Shown here: positions 62,207 to 64,000 of the stretch, piece by piece | How positions within the stretch are numbered: the first letter of the stretch is position 1 | Layout of the letters: each line of letters starts with the position of its first letter | Assembly: GCA_003427395.1 (NCBI GenBank) | Contig: BFEA01000005.1 | Coordinates: 6,929,495 to 6,993,494 of the forward strand | From: Chara braunii | Lineage: Eukaryota; Plantae; Charophyceae | DNA: 64,000 nucleotides | Reading direction: 5' to 3' | Notes under the pieces: generated by a model | The model's input: only the letters and a program-made list of their open reading frames with translations | Databases searched by the model: none | What the model was told of the DNA's origin: nothing | Program-made: the position numbers and the translations under genes

Positions 62207-64000
62207 ATGGTCAAGATTGCAGGACGAGGAAGACCGAGTTCTTCTGCAGGGACTAATGAGGAGGCTCTTGTAGGTGTTATACGGGAACTGGTAGAGAGAG
62301 TTGACACTATAAAAGAAGGGTCAGATATTGCAAGAGCAAAGAGGCCAGATGAGAGGATTAAATGCTTCAGAGGGCCTCAAGTAAATGATTTCTTAGATGA
62401 GCATGAATTATTTGGGCTCAGTTATGGCTGGACAGAGAAGCAACAACTTAAACATCTTTTATCTTATTGTGACACTGACTCGAGGTTGGTTGTTTAAGAA
62501 CTGACGGAAGGGGCTACTACATGGGAGGAGGTCAAAAAAATAATGAGAAGATGTTCCGACTACTACCAAGAATCTCCTCAACATCAGAAGAACTAAATAT
62601 GATACTTTCAATGTTTTCCTTCAGACCTTTATCAGAACGACCAAAAGAATTTCATACTTGGATGAGGCTCAGAAATGTCATATTTTCCTGACCAATTTCA
62701 CTGAAAGGAAGACTGTTCTTAATCAGGCTCAACACTATCCTCTCAGATGGGATGAAATGGTTGCAATTGTTAGAACCCTACCTACGGTCTCTCACAAGAA
62801 GTGGTCGTTGGATCAGATCAGTACATTGGCCAAAGATTGGGAGACTGAGAATGGTATAAACAGGGGGAACAACTTGAGTGTTGAAAATATTATTCAAAGG
62901 GTCATGGCTAATTATATGCCTGCCAATCATGTTGTGGATCAGAAAGGGAAGAAAAAGGCGGAGAGTGATGATGATGAGGATGATGATGATGATGATGATG
63001 AAAACTATGGTAAGAGAGGGGATTCCTCCAGACCCCGAAAGAATTAAGGGAATGGTAAAAAAAGGAACAGAGAGAAAAGGAAGTACGACGAGCGACCAAG
63101 GAAATTTTTTGTCTGTTATTATTGTGGTGAAGGAGGTCACACAACCACTTACTGTAAGTCATTGGAAGGGGATGTGAAGAGTGGGGTGGCAAAGAAGAAT
63201 GCAATGAGTCATATTTGTGACAGTTCATGGAACAAATTAGATCCATACATCCTGGAGGTATGCGACTTCTTGCTCTTAAGCATGATGAAAAAATGAAGAA
63301 AAAGAAGAAAAGAAAGGCTAATGTGAATGTTCATACTTTCGTAAGCGAACTGCCTAAGGGACTCACACAAGAGTCTGATGATTCACTTGCCTTTATTGAG
63401 TTGCCCCGACGGTCTCTCTCTTTAGTGGAGGACGTGACTGATGACATCATTCCAGGCAGTTTTTCGTTCGGAGAGAATTCTACTCCTCATATTTCCTCTG
63501 AGTTGGCAATATTTTCTCCTAACAGGCCTACTTGTTCGGCTAACATGATGTCATTTGAATGTAACTTACCACCAGAACTTGTTATGGAACCGGACACAGT
63601 GATTGGGGAAGTGAGGAATGTTCATGCACATTTAACCTCTCAAATGATAGAGAGAAAAAAAAAAAAAGGTCGAGGAGGCTCTGATTGAAATTCTTAATGA
63701 TCAAGAACCAGAACCTTTAACCAAGAGAATTGAGCAAGGGAAAAATATAAAATTTATACTCAAGAGTGAACTAGAGGATGAAACAGTAATTACTGATGTA
63801 ATTACTAAGATGTTGGAAGAAATAAAGGTGGCGTTGTCCTTTAAGAAGACAATGACACTAGCGCCTAAGTTGAGAGAGGAATTGAAGAAATTAATTGAGA
63901 AGAAAATGATGAAAGTTAACTACTTGGGATGAGTCTTTCCTAGTCAGGTTAACAAGACTCTGCCCGGATGTAAGATGAGATTCACAACCATGGGTTTAAC
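62207..64000 (+). pseudogene. gag: LTR-retrotransposon gag with CCHC knuckle and start of the gag-pol linker; continues beyond the window
   Basis: FRGPQVNDFLDEHE...GW and TWEEVKK resemble Gag; CYYCGEGGHTTTYC knuckle at 63114-63155; multiple stops and frameshifts. Confidence 0.75.

Overview
Eukaryotic, repeat-dense nuclear sequence with N gaps and many microsatellites. The plant-type U6, streptophyte mitochondrial tRNAs and element types suggest a charophyte alga such as Chara (inference). I recognise no intact host protein-coding gene. Contents: (1) a minus-strand Ty3/Gypsy element at 1-5081 with LTR, Met-PBS, gag, a -1 frameshift signal, protease and RT, and a second copy of its LTR at 19782-20907; (2) a complete but decayed PIF/Harbinger transposon at 41946-49748 and a non-autonomous Harbinger-like element at 15045-17405; (3) hAT-like, 8-bp-TSD and TTAA-specific MITEs; (4) SINEs, a LINE RT remnant and a U6 retrocopy with TSDs; (5) mitochondrial insertions (trnV-trnD-trnS, LSU rRNA) and a rearranged nuclear LSU rRNA pseudogene; (6) two chromovirus pol remnants; (7) a type III hammerhead-like motif. 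The most striking item is at 60275-62154: five tightly packed small ORFs in two paralogue families (3+2), joined by stop/start junctions (ATGA, stop-CA-ATG, stop-GCA-ATG) and lying directly upstream of an LTR-retrotransposon gag. This looks like a polycistronic accessory-gene cassette.
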